Positions 48,120 through 57,430 of a stretch of 64,000 nt of DNA are shown one piece after another. Both the position numbers and the translations under genes were made by a program. Under the pieces are notes generated by a model. That model saw only the letters and a list, made by a program, of their open reading frames with translations. It had not been told where the DNA came from and made no database searches. The stretch is from the NCBI GenBank assembly GCA_963722075.1, contig CAVRJM010000001.1:256001-320000 (forward strand). The letters run 5' to 3'. Origin of the DNA: Candidatus Babeliales bacterium (GTDB lineage: Bacteria > Babelota > Babeliae > Babelales > JANWKD01). The stretch's first letter is position 1. The number at the start of each line of letters is the position of its first letter.

Positions 48120-50105
48120 ATGAAAATTAAACTATTATTAGGTATCGCCTTGATGACATTGTCATTGAAGGGGATGCAAGAATCGGATAGAAGTCTTTAT
48201 TTCTATTTTGGATCAAATCCATCAGTTAAAACTGACGATATAAAAACTATCTATGAAAGTATGGCTGCTGTTTATAATCCAGCTAATTATGAGCAAAGTC
48301 CCATAAAGGCGTCAATGCATAAAGAACAAGCAGCAGAATACTTCAGTAAAATGAGCGAAGCATATGAAATCTTATCAGATGTAACAGCTCGCGCCATGTA
48401 TGATGTTTTTGGATTGGAGCGTGCGAAAGCATTTTTAATCAGAAGAGAAGGTTTATTAGCTGGTATTAAAGAAGGAACTGAAGCGTTAAAAGGTCTTATT
48501 ACTCATTGTCATATCCCACAATACTATGAACAATTAAGGACATATCATGAAAAATTATGCACGTTTTGGATTACTGAAATGGCGGGTAGCGATATTGCAA
48601 CTGAGCTCAAACGGGCTGTAGTTAATGCAACATATATGGTTATTCAATTTTTTCATACCAATTATGCACAAAATAAAAATGGTGCTGAAATAATTAAATA
48701 TATCGATCTAGCATTAAATTATGCGAATGATCTTCCTTTAAATGATGCACAGGATCTTACTATTGCTGAAGAGCTTATTCAATTAAGAAATCAGTATCTC
48801 GCTATAGAGCGTGGATCTGGAAGCAATGTAAGTGCTGCGTCTTCTTCATTACCATCAGTAATGGTTGTAAAAAGACCTTTAATAGATAAAAAAAATAAAA
48901 ACAATGCAGTAAAGCGTCTCAAAGGGGCTGATAAATCGCCTCAAAGAAATCCACCAGCTTCTAAAGAAAATGAAGAATTTGAAAGACAAGTTGAGCAGGT
49001 AGGGGAATATCTAAAGGGAAAATCTTTTTTTACTACTACTGGCACTGATGGTCTTACGGTAGAAGAATTTTATACCGAAATTAGTAAGAGATTAGTATTT
49101 ATAAATGATTTACCAAAGAGTATTTCATTAGATAATAAAAAAAAATGTGAGGATTTATTTTTAGACCTTATTAAACGAGCGTTAGATCTGTTGCGATATC
49201 AGTATCGTGAATTTAGATCAGATGCCCATAATCAAGAGGATGCTTATAAATTAGGCATAACATTATGTGAATTTGGTGCAAGGATGGTAAATCATGCAGA
49301 CTTACAATGTTATACTGATTTTTTTAAGGTACGAGAAAAAAACAAAAACGAGCGGGAAGCGGCGATAGAGAAATTTGATAAAGACCTAAAAGCTAATCAA
49401 AAATCTAGCCGAGAATTAACTAGATATATGGGATTAGAGTATTTAAATGATTTATATATTGATGCTATTTCTCCACAGTACCAGAATAAAGCATTAAAAC
49501 ATTTTTATAAGGTCATTAATCGACTATTAAAAGAAAAAAAACCGAAATGGGTAGCCAAAAGGATTTTCCAAAGAGCTCTCATGTTCAAATGGACCGATTG
49601 TTCAAAACATATAGCTGAAAGCGGTATTTTTAGAAAATTTAATAAAATTATTGCTCTTGCTGATAAATTATTTGTTTCAGATTCTGATTTGTTGCGAGAT
49701 TTTTGCAAAGGAATGAAAGAAGAATTAGATGCAGATATACCAGAATCTATTCGGAATGTTAAACAACGTATTATTAATTCTTCCAAAAAAATAAAAAAAT
49801 GGATGACAGATCCTCGGGGTCGCGTCTGCATAAAAACTGCGCAAGGCATACACTCCATTAGTGCTTCTTTAAGTATTAATAGAGATGAAAATAATGAAGA
49901 ACAAGTTTCAATTTTTATAGAATTAATTATTACCTGCATTAATAAGTTAAATAATCTATACCAACAAAATGATGCAATAGAATTGATTGATCATCTATTA
50001 ACAAATTCCATCTTTGCATCTGGCATAGTTATTAGACAATCGATTATAGACACATTTATTGATTTGAAAAAACAAATTATGGAGGAAAAGAAAAATGAAA
50101 ATTAA
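48120..50105 (+). CDS. Secreted protein with degenerate J-domain (NPA for HPD) and putative NLS (paralogue 1 of 4)
   Basis: LKG|MQES; IK..Y....VYNPANY...AEYFSKMSEAYEILSD..R.MYD; KRPLIDKK..VKRLK. Confidence 0.75.
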   Translation: MKIKLLLGIALMTLSLKGMQESDRSLYFYFGSNPSVKTDDIKTIYESMAAVYNPANYEQSPIKASMHKEQAAEYFSKMSEAYEILSDVTARAMYDVFGLERAKAFLIRREGLLAGIKEGTEALKGLITHCHIPQYYEQLRTYHEKLCTFWITEMAGSDIATELKRAVVNATYMVIQFFHTNYAQNKNGAEIIKYIDLALNYANDLPLNDAQDLTIAEELIQLRNQYLAIERGSGSNVSAASSSLPSVMVVKRPLIDKKNKNNAVKRLKGADKSPQRNPPASKENEEFERQVEQVGEYLKGKSFFTTTGTDGLTVEEFYTEISKRLVFINDLPKSISLDNKKKCEDLFLDLIKRALDLLRYQYREFRSDAHNQEDAYKLGITLCEFGARMVNHADLQCYTDFFKVREKNKNEREAAIEKFDKDLKANQKSSRELTRYMGLEYLNDLYIDAISPQYQNKALKHFYKVINRLLKEKKPKWVAKRIFQRALMFKWTDCSKHIAESGIFRKFNKIIALADKLFVSDSDLLRDFCKGMKEELDADIPESIRNVKQRIINSSKKIKKWMTDPRGRVCIKTAQGIHSISASLSINRDENNEEQVSIFIELIITCINKLNNLYQQNDAIELIDHLLTNSIFASGIVIRQSIIDTFIDLKKQIMEEKKNEN

Positions 50106-52110
50106 ACTATTATTATCAATTCCGTTTATAGTTCTTTCTTTAAAGGGGATGCAACCATCGGATATAAGTCTTTATTTCTACTTTGGATCAAATCCAACAA
50201 TAAGCACTGACGATATAAAAACTATCTATGAAACTATGGCTCCTGTTTATAATCCGGCTAATTATGAGCAAAGTCCGGTAAAAGCTTTAATGCATAAAGA
50301 ACAAGCAGCAGAATACTTCAGTAAAATGAGCGAAGCATACGAAATTTTAAGAGATCAAACCCTGCGTCCAATGTACGATATTTTTGGGTTAAGTCGGGTG
50401 AGGGATTTTTTAAATAGAAAAAAAGATTTATTAGATGGTATAAAAAAAGGAACTGAAGCGTTAAATGGGTTTATTACTTATTGTCATATGCCACAATATC
50501 GTGAACAAATAAAACCGTATCATGAAAAATTATGCGTATATTGGATCCAACAATTAAATGATTGGTTAAATACTGATGTTGTACCCGAGCTACAGCGGGC
50601 CGTTGTCACTACAACATATAACGTTATTCAATTTCTTCACAGCAATAATCAGGTGCAAAATAGTGCTGAAATAATTAAATATATTGATCTAGCATTAAAT
50701 TATGTGAGAGAACTTCTTCCTTTAAATGATGCGCAAGATTCTATTATAGCCCAAGAGCTTACCCAATTAAGAAATCAGTATCAATCTACCCAAAGTTCGG
50801 GATCTGGTTCTGGGTGCCAAGAAAATATAGAAGCGGGAACAATTGGAACAAAAAGACCTTTTGTGTCAATAGATGACAAACATAGAGTAAATAATGCAGT
50901 AAAGCGACTAAGGGAGTCTTCTAACGAATTACGCAACGAAAGGGAAGCAGCTTATAGAAGAGCAAAGGAAATTGAAAAAGAAGTTGAGCAGATCCGAAAA
51001 TATGTGGAAGAAAAATCTTATTTTACTACAGATGGAACCAATGGGCTTACCGTAGAAGAATTTTACACTGAAATTACTAAGCGGTTAACCTTTATGAGAG
51101 ACTTTCCAGAAGGTATGAGTCAGTATATTAGATCAAAATGCGATAAGTTATTTTCAGGGCTTATTATTCAAGTCGTTGATTTGTTGAGAGATCAGTTTCA
51201 TTTATTTAAATCTGATGCACAAAATCAAGATAATGCTTATACATTGGGTGCGGCATTATACCATTTTGGTAAAGATCAGGTAACATATGATTCTTATGAA
51301 TTTCACGATTTAAGACGTGCTCTTTATTCATTTAATTATAACTACTCGCAACAAGCACGAAGATCGCTGGGAGAGCAAATAGAGAAACTTGATAAGGCTT
51401 TAAAAGATAAAGAAAAATCTGCCCTAGAATTAGCTAAGATACTTATAAATAGGTGTAAGTATGTTCATACCCTTGCTCCTCACTATCAAAATAAAGCATT
51501 AAAACAATTTTATAAGATTGCTAAACGAATGCTCGATGAAAATGAATCAGAGTATTCTGTATTGGTAGCAAAACAACTGATGTATATGGCAGCAGCTAAA
51601 TTGAAATGGGTTGATTGTTCACAAAATATAACGTTGAGTGGTATTTATAGGAAATTTAAAAAAATTAATTCTCTTTTTGAAAAATCATTTATTCCTGACA
51701 TGCGAGAAATGCGTGAATTTTGTAATGCAATGAAAGAGAAATTAAATACAGATGATGCAGAATCTATAACTACGGTTAAACAAACTATTATTAGCTCTTC
51801 GGTTAAATTTAAAAAACTAACAAATATTTTTAGTAGTAATCTAAAAATTCAACGAGGTTTACATACCCTTCGCGGTTATATGGGGCCATCTGAAAGGGCT
51901 CAATCGCAAACACCTTTTACTACTTTTATCGCATTGCTTTCTAATTGTGTTCAAAAGTTAATTAAGTCTGATCAACAAAATGACGCTTTGGAATTGATTG
52001 AGAACATATTAAAATACCCAGTATTACAATACTCAATTAGCCAACCGACTAAAGAACAATTCCTTGATTTAAAAAAACAAATTATGGGGGAAAAGAAAAA
52101 TGAAAATTAA
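50095..52110 (+). CDS. Secreted protein with degenerate J-domain and putative NLS (paralogue 2 of 4)
   Basis: Overlaps the previous gene by 11 nt; similar throughout; QNKALKQFYK. Confidence 0.75.
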   Translation: MKIKLLLSIPFIVLSLKGMQPSDISLYFYFGSNPTISTDDIKTIYETMAPVYNPANYEQSPVKALMHKEQAAEYFSKMSEAYEILRDQTLRPMYDIFGLSRVRDFLNRKKDLLDGIKKGTEALNGFITYCHMPQYREQIKPYHEKLCVYWIQQLNDWLNTDVVPELQRAVVTTTYNVIQFLHSNNQVQNSAEIIKYIDLALNYVRELLPLNDAQDSIIAQELTQLRNQYQSTQSSGSGSGCQENIEAGTIGTKRPFVSIDDKHRVNNAVKRLRESSNELRNEREAAYRRAKEIEKEVEQIRKYVEEKSYFTTDGTNGLTVEEFYTEITKRLTFMRDFPEGMSQYIRSKCDKLFSGLIIQVVDLLRDQFHLFKSDAQNQDNAYTLGAALYHFGKDQVTYDSYEFHDLRRALYSFNYNYSQQARRSLGEQIEKLDKALKDKEKSALELAKILINRCKYVHTLAPHYQNKALKQFYKIAKRMLDENESEYSVLVAKQLMYMAAAKLKWVDCSQNITLSGIYRKFKKINSLFEKSFIPDMREMREFCNAMKEKLNTDDAESITTVKQTIISSSVKFKKLTNIFSSNLKIQRGLHTLRGYMGPSERAQSQTPFTTFIALLSNCVQKLIKSDQQNDALELIENILKYPVLQYSISQPTKEQFLDLKKQIMGEKKNEN

Positions 52111-54160
52111 ACTATTATTAGTAATTCCACTTATAATTCTTTCTTTAAAGGGGATGCAAGAATCTGATATAAGTCTATATTCCTATTTAAATGTTCAAAA
52201 TAATGCAACTAGAGAAGAAATAAAAAAAGCATATAAAGATTGTTCTCTTATTTATCATCCAGATAAATATGAACAAAGCTCTATACGCAATCGTATGTCA
52301 AAGCAAGAAGCTGAAGAGCATTTCAAAAAAATTAAAGAAGTATATGAAATTTTAAGTAATAATAAAACACGAAAGATGTATGATGATTTTGGTTTAAAAT
52401 ACGTCCGAAGTTATATTGCTCAGGAAGAAAAGAACCGGCGTGCTGCTGAAGAACCCATGGCCCAGCAACAATCTACCCAAACAGCGTTCACCGCAAAAAG
52501 GTCATCACAAACTCCTAAACAAGACGAAGCCAAGTCAAAATCGGAAGAAGATATAAAGAATGTTCTTGAAGATCTTGAGGCGGGAACTAAGATCATTAAT
52601 AACTTAATTACTGAATTTTATACCTATAGTTTCAGGTTATCAGAATTAGAAGGATATTATAACGAAAAAATTCAAGAATGTATTTCATTATTAAAAATGC
52701 CCAAATACTCAATTATTAGAGACGATATTAAGAAAACAATAATAGATGTATCACAATTATTCATTGGTGTATTACTATTAAAAATGAAAGAAGATCAAAA
52801 TTTGGCTCGTAATGTACTACTCCATGCAGAAGAAATTATGCAGTCTTTATACTTAGGAGTAAATGATTACAGGTTTTTTGCAGATGCTGTAACGCGCGCC
52901 CGAGAAAAATTGGCACCCAGATCGCAACCATATACTCAACAACATACTGCTTTTCAAACAAAACGACCGTCACCACAGGGTCCTAAACAAGCTGATCCTA
53001 AGCGCGTAAAAACAACTGAACCTACTGTTGATTCGAAGTTTAAACAAAGAATCGAATTTATAATTGAAGAACATAAACGTTTTAGCGATTATTTAGCGCA
53101 AGCAAGTTTTTTGAAAGAAAACGTTTTAACCTATCAAGAATTTTCCAATATGGTACAGAAAAAAATTGATTTTATTAAACCATATATAACAGGAATTCCA
53201 GAAAATTTAATTTTAGGATATAAGTTGCGTAATAGCATGTTGAGACATATTTTCCAGGCCATTTTATTATTAAAAGAAAGATACACTGAATTTAAAGAAG
53301 TTGATTGGATCATGGCCTGTGGATGGGGTAAAAATTTATGTAGTTCAGCGTTTTTTATTTATTCAATTTCAGATGATGAAGACAAAGCGGTTGTTAAGGA
53401 GCTTTCTTTGTTAAATTCTTATTTTGATAAAGAGATATTGCATTCAAAAATTAGGAATATAGATTATCACCTTCGTTCAAAAAGCTCGAATATAATTGAA
53501 GATGCGCGATTTGTACTTCACGATTATGAAAACAAAATAATTTCAGCAGATCCTATAATGCAAGATAAAGCCGCAAAGCATTTTTATAAATTTGCCAAGA
53601 AGTTATTAAAGCAATCAGAACGAGCTCTAGCAGTTGAGTTGTTAAATAGGGCACTATACTTGAGATGGTCAAATATAGATGGTATTTACCAAACAATTGA
53701 GAAAATAAAAAATCTACTTACAAAGCTAAATTATTATTCGATTATTGTAACGAATTTTTGTCAAAGTAATAGAAAAAAATTGGAAGAAAATTCGCCAGAT
53801 GCAGCGCTTGCTGTTCAACAAAATATTATTAATAATAATGATCGATTGAAAAATTCGCTTTCATGCTGTGTTATTCATCGATTTCAGAATTTCATATATA
53901 GTACTTTTACAACCACAAACCCTGATTTACTGAACCTTTATTATGATTGTATTCAGTTGTTAATTAATTCTCATTTTTTAAATGAAGCTTTAGAGCTCAT
54001 TAATATCGTAATTTGTCAATACGATCTGGATAAAGAAACACAGGATCGCTTTAAAGAACAATTTGATTTAATTAATCAAATGCAAGAATTAGATAAACAA
54101 CTTGAAAGTCAGCCACCAATGGATTTCAATGATATTAAAGATTTTTTAAGTAAAGAATAA
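52100..54160 (+). CDS. Secreted J-domain protein with intact HPD and putative NLS (paralogue 3 of 4)
   Basis: LYSYLNV..NATREEIKKAYK...YHPDK...F..IKEVYEILS..R.MYD; KRPSP..PKRVK; QDKAAKHFYK. Confidence 0.85.
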   Translation: MKIKLLLVIPLIILSLKGMQESDISLYSYLNVQNNATREEIKKAYKDCSLIYHPDKYEQSSIRNRMSKQEAEEHFKKIKEVYEILSNNKTRKMYDDFGLKYVRSYIAQEEKNRRAAEEPMAQQQSTQTAFTAKRSSQTPKQDEAKSKSEEDIKNVLEDLEAGTKIINNLITEFYTYSFRLSELEGYYNEKIQECISLLKMPKYSIIRDDIKKTIIDVSQLFIGVLLLKMKEDQNLARNVLLHAEEIMQSLYLGVNDYRFFADAVTRAREKLAPRSQPYTQQHTAFQTKRPSPQGPKQADPKRVKTTEPTVDSKFKQRIEFIIEEHKRFSDYLAQASFLKENVLTYQEFSNMVQKKIDFIKPYITGIPENLILGYKLRNSMLRHIFQAILLLKERYTEFKEVDWIMACGWGKNLCSSAFFIYSISDDEDKAVVKELSLLNSYFDKEILHSKIRNIDYHLRSKSSNIIEDARFVLHDYENKIISADPIMQDKAAKHFYKFAKKLLKQSERALAVELLNRALYLRWSNIDGIYQTIEKIKNLLTKLNYYSIIVTNFCQSNRKKLEENSPDAALAVQQNIINNNDRLKNSLSCCVIHRFQNFIYSTFTTTNPDLLNLYYDCIQLLINSHFLNEALELINIVICQYDLDKETQDRFKEQFDLINQMQELDKQLESQPPMDFNDIKDFLSKE

Positions 54161-54189
54161 AAAGATTTTCTGATAATGGAGAAACATAG

Positions 54190-55845
54190 ATGCGAAGGTT
54201 ATTTATTCTCGTATTACTGCACATTACCTGTTATGCCATGGAAGATCCTTTTCATAATTATACATTAGAAGAGCAATCCAAAAAAGAATTAATTATTACC
54301 ATGGAAATGTATGCTAATAATTTAAAGCATTATATTTCCCTTTATTATGATAATCAGCTCAGTTGTACACAACTTGAAGATTATTATAAGTCGCTACACG
54401 AATGGTTATATAAACAAGGTGAGTTATGCAGAGGTACGCAAATTGCGCCTATTTGTGCAGAGGAAATAATCAAAAATGGTTTTAGCATCATTAAGCTATT
54501 TGCATCACATAAAGAAGCGGAAATGCTTGAAAAAGCGGTTTACTATATTGATTCTCTAGTAAAATATATACGCCAAGGAGATTTGCGATTACATGAATTG
54601 GATCAATTAAAAAACAAGCTCAGTCAAAAATTAAAGGCATCAGTTCAAAAAGGATTGTTAAAAAGAAAAGCTACGCAAAGTCCTTGCTTATCTGTTAAAA
54701 AAAATAAAGTTGATGATGTAAATTTTTTGAAGGAAAAAAATGCTGCATTAAAGAATTACTTAAAAAGAACCTCTTATAATTTGAATGAATTTTGTAGTAC
54801 GGTTACCATATCATTAGATACTATTATCGATTTATTTGATGATCTTCCTGAGCAAAAAGAAAAAGAAGAAAAGGGTTTAAGAGCACAAATACTCGCTAGT
54901 ATTTGTAGAGCAATTTCTTTATTTGAATATCAATTAGAAAAATTTACTCATTATAATAGTAAAACTGCATTTCAATGCATTATTTATATATGTCAACGTG
55001 GATTACCATTTAACTCGATATGGACGCAACTGCAAGAAACGCAAGAAATTTATAAATATAAATTACAATGTATTGAAATAAAAGAACAACAAAGAAAAAA
55101 AGTAGAAGATCTAATAGATGCAATGGGCCAACAATTTCCAATCAGCAAAACGAGCCCGGATCTTAAGAATATTGCAGATGTTTTAATGGCGGAGTGCGGA
55201 AATAATGATGATCTTTCCTTGGATTATCAACAAAAAGCTCTAAAGCATTTTTATAAAGTAACAAAAAAGTTATTCCAACAAAATGATATTGAACGATTTA
55301 CAACGCTGATTAATTGTGTTCTTTCTCAGGCATGGATGGAGGATCTTCATATCATTGATCGTTTTACAAAGATTTGTGATTTAAAAAATAAAAATGACGA
55401 AGCATATCAATGGGTACTAAAATTCAATGCAATTATAAAAGAACATTTTAAGAATGCGCAGGATATTGAATCTTTAAAAAATGCTTTAAACACATTACTT
55501 AATTATCAATCAGATGCTTTTCAGGTAATCAGTCGAATTTCTACCATGATTATCGTTCCTGAAGTGCTTAATGGAAGTGTTACCATAGGCATTAAAGAGG
55601 ATGATCAGCAAAAAAATGATGCAAAATCAATGATTCTTAATCTCTATTATGATGGGGTACAAAAATTAATGGAAGCAGGCTTGTTTGAAGAGGCCGGAAT
55701 TCTTATTAATAGTATAGCAGCTCAGGGTGATGAACTAAAAATAAATGAATTAAGAAACCAACTTGGTGATTGTATTATGGCATCATATGAAGCTACGCTT
55801 TATTTAAATTTACCTGATGATGATGCCGATACTATTATTTTGTAA
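54190..55845 (+). CDS. Secreted paralogue 4 of 4, lacking the J-domain
   Basis: GGAG RBS; CYA|MEDP; KRKATQSPCLSVKKNK; QQKALKHFYK; LNLYYD..Q.L. Confidence 0.7.
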   Translation: MRRLFILVLLHITCYAMEDPFHNYTLEEQSKKELIITMEMYANNLKHYISLYYDNQLSCTQLEDYYKSLHEWLYKQGELCRGTQIAPICAEEIIKNGFSIIKLFASHKEAEMLEKAVYYIDSLVKYIRQGDLRLHELDQLKNKLSQKLKASVQKGLLKRKATQSPCLSVKKNKVDDVNFLKEKNAALKNYLKRTSYNLNEFCSTVTISLDTIIDLFDDLPEQKEKEEKGLRAQILASICRAISLFEYQLEKFTHYNSKTAFQCIIYICQRGLPFNSIWTQLQETQEIYKYKLQCIEIKEQQRKKVEDLIDAMGQQFPISKTSPDLKNIADVLMAECGNNDDLSLDYQQKALKHFYKVTKKLFQQNDIERFTTLINCVLSQAWMEDLHIIDRFTKICDLKNKNDEAYQWVLKFNAIIKEHFKNAQDIESLKNALNTLLNYQSDAFQVISRISTMIIVPEVLNGSVTIGIKEDDQQKNDAKSMILNLYYDGVQKLMEAGLFEEAGILINSIAAQGDELKINELRNQLGDCIMASYEATLYLNLPDDDADTIIL

Positions 55846-56464
55846 ATAGCACATTTCCCCATGCAGAACCATCAAACGCTTCAAGCGCGACATGAAACCC
55901 TTGGGTATTAAGCCATTCTTTAACTTCACCATATAATGGTGCATTTTTGTATCGTTGTACCAAATTAATTTCAATGTATAGTGCTGTGGTCTTTCTAATG
56001 AGATCAATGCCGCCCTGTAATGCACTAAGCTCGCCGCCTTGCATATCCAGCCATAAAAAATCTATTTTATCAATTTTGTAACGTTGTGCCCATTGATCGA
56101 GCGTAATAGTAGTTACTTCAATGGGGGTGAAAACTATTTCAGGAGAAAGAAGATCTGTAGGTTCCAGTAAGGAGCTTGTTGCGGTCGATCTGCCGCTGCT
56201 CATGAAAAAATTACGTATACCTGATGTATTGGAAAGGGCTAATTGATAACAATAAATATTGGAATAAGATGCTGATTTTGTCGCTAATTGTGTAAAAAGG
56301 GCTGGGACTGGTTCAAAGGCATGAATAGTGCTTGTGGGCCATATCTGCACCATTTTTATGGAATCACGGCCTATATGAGCACCTGCTTCAACAATGATGG
56401 GATTGGCAGGCATATAGCGGGCGAGTATATTTTTGGGAATATTTTTAGTATTCATATTATTCAT
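55835..56464 (-). CDS. FkbM-family SAM-dependent methyltransferase
   Basis: EAGAHIG, HAFEP, ITLD, IDFLWLDMQGGE, YIE. Confidence 0.9.
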   Translation of the reverse strand: MNNMNTKNIPKNILARYMPANPIIVEAGAHIGRDSIKMVQIWPTSTIHAFEPVPALFTQLATKSASYSNIYCYQLALSNTSGIRNFFMSSGRSTATSSLLEPTDLLSPEIVFTPIEVTTITLDQWAQRYKIDKIDFLWLDMQGGELSALQGGIDLIRKTTALYIEINLVQRYKNAPLYGEVKEWLNTQGFHVALEAFDGSAWGNVLFTK

Positions 56465-56524
56465 TGACTTTACTAATGGCCGTTACTATCGTAGATACTA
56501 AAAGTAAAAAAGTAGAAGGATACA

Positions 56525-57397
56525 ATGAAAAAGACCCTCACAATAGCTATTTTTATAATTTATTTACAGTTTATCGCATATGGTAATGCCTGGCAATTGC
56601 GGCTTATTCCCCTTACCAAAGATACTATGACAGGGGAGTGGAGTGCTTTATTATGTCATGATCTTCGTTATGGCTGTATGGAATTAAGTAAGCCAATGGT
56701 ATTGGAGGCTGTAAACAGTTCCGAAATTAGTACTTTTTTTTCTGTTGCTACCAATGGATCATATGCCTATAGCGCGCAAGATTTAGAAAAAAAATGCTGC
56801 TCTTTTCGTTTATCTAATGGAGATCTTATTTGCTATATTCCAGTACCGTATATTTCAGCAGGATTAATTAATAAAAAGGCACATGAATCATCTGATCTAA
56901 CTGTTACTAAAAATAATTTTGTCTGGTTGCCTATACATGAGATATTACAGCGGCGCACTATAGTAAAATCGGCTCATGGTCGATCGATAGCATATATGTT
57001 GGAATTGGATATAAAAAAATATTTTAAAGAACATTGGTATACTACCGTATTACCAAAAATGGCTACCGCTCCTATGGCGCCTTTAAAAGATCAACCTATG
57101 AATCTAGCTGCTAAAAATGTTCAAAGACGTTATGAAGTGAGTAAAAAAATGAGTAGCACCAACAGTGTGCCGCACAAAAAACCGGTAGCTTCACCGGTTA
57201 AGGAACCAAAGCAACCACAGCAAAAATCTCAAGTAGCTATCAAAAAAAATATTCCAACTCAAAAAAAGAATCAGTTAGTTATGATCAAAGGGAAAGTCCC
57301 TAATGAAAAACGCGAATTAGTTATGATTAAAGGAGAAATTCCTCCAAATGAAAAAAAGAATCAAATAATTATGATTAAGGGGAACGTTTCTACATAA
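56525..57397 (+). CDS. Secreted degenerate Nudix-fold protein with C-terminal peptide repeats
   Basis: GNA|WQLRLIP..GEW.ALL.HD; IPVPYI; FVWLP; tail repeats (L/I)(V/I)MIKG. Confidence 0.55.
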   Translation: MKKTLTIAIFIIYLQFIAYGNAWQLRLIPLTKDTMTGEWSALLCHDLRYGCMELSKPMVLEAVNSSEISTFFSVATNGSYAYSAQDLEKKCCSFRLSNGDLICYIPVPYISAGLINKKAHESSDLTVTKNNFVWLPIHEILQRRTIVKSAHGRSIAYMLELDIKKYFKEHWYTTVLPKMATAPMAPLKDQPMNLAAKNVQRRYEVSKKMSSTNSVPHKKPVASPVKEPKQPQQKSQVAIKKNIPTQKKNQLVMIKGKVPNEKRELVMIKGEIPPNEKKNQIIMIKGNVST

Positions 57398-57430
57398 GTC
57401 GGCATTACCATATAAAAAAAAGGAAGTATT

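Noticed and set aside
48120..52110. Equal-length (671 aa) neighbouring ORFs as an assembly duplication
   Set aside because: The sequences are substantially diverged, and the equal length depends on an unlikely upstream start for the first ORF.
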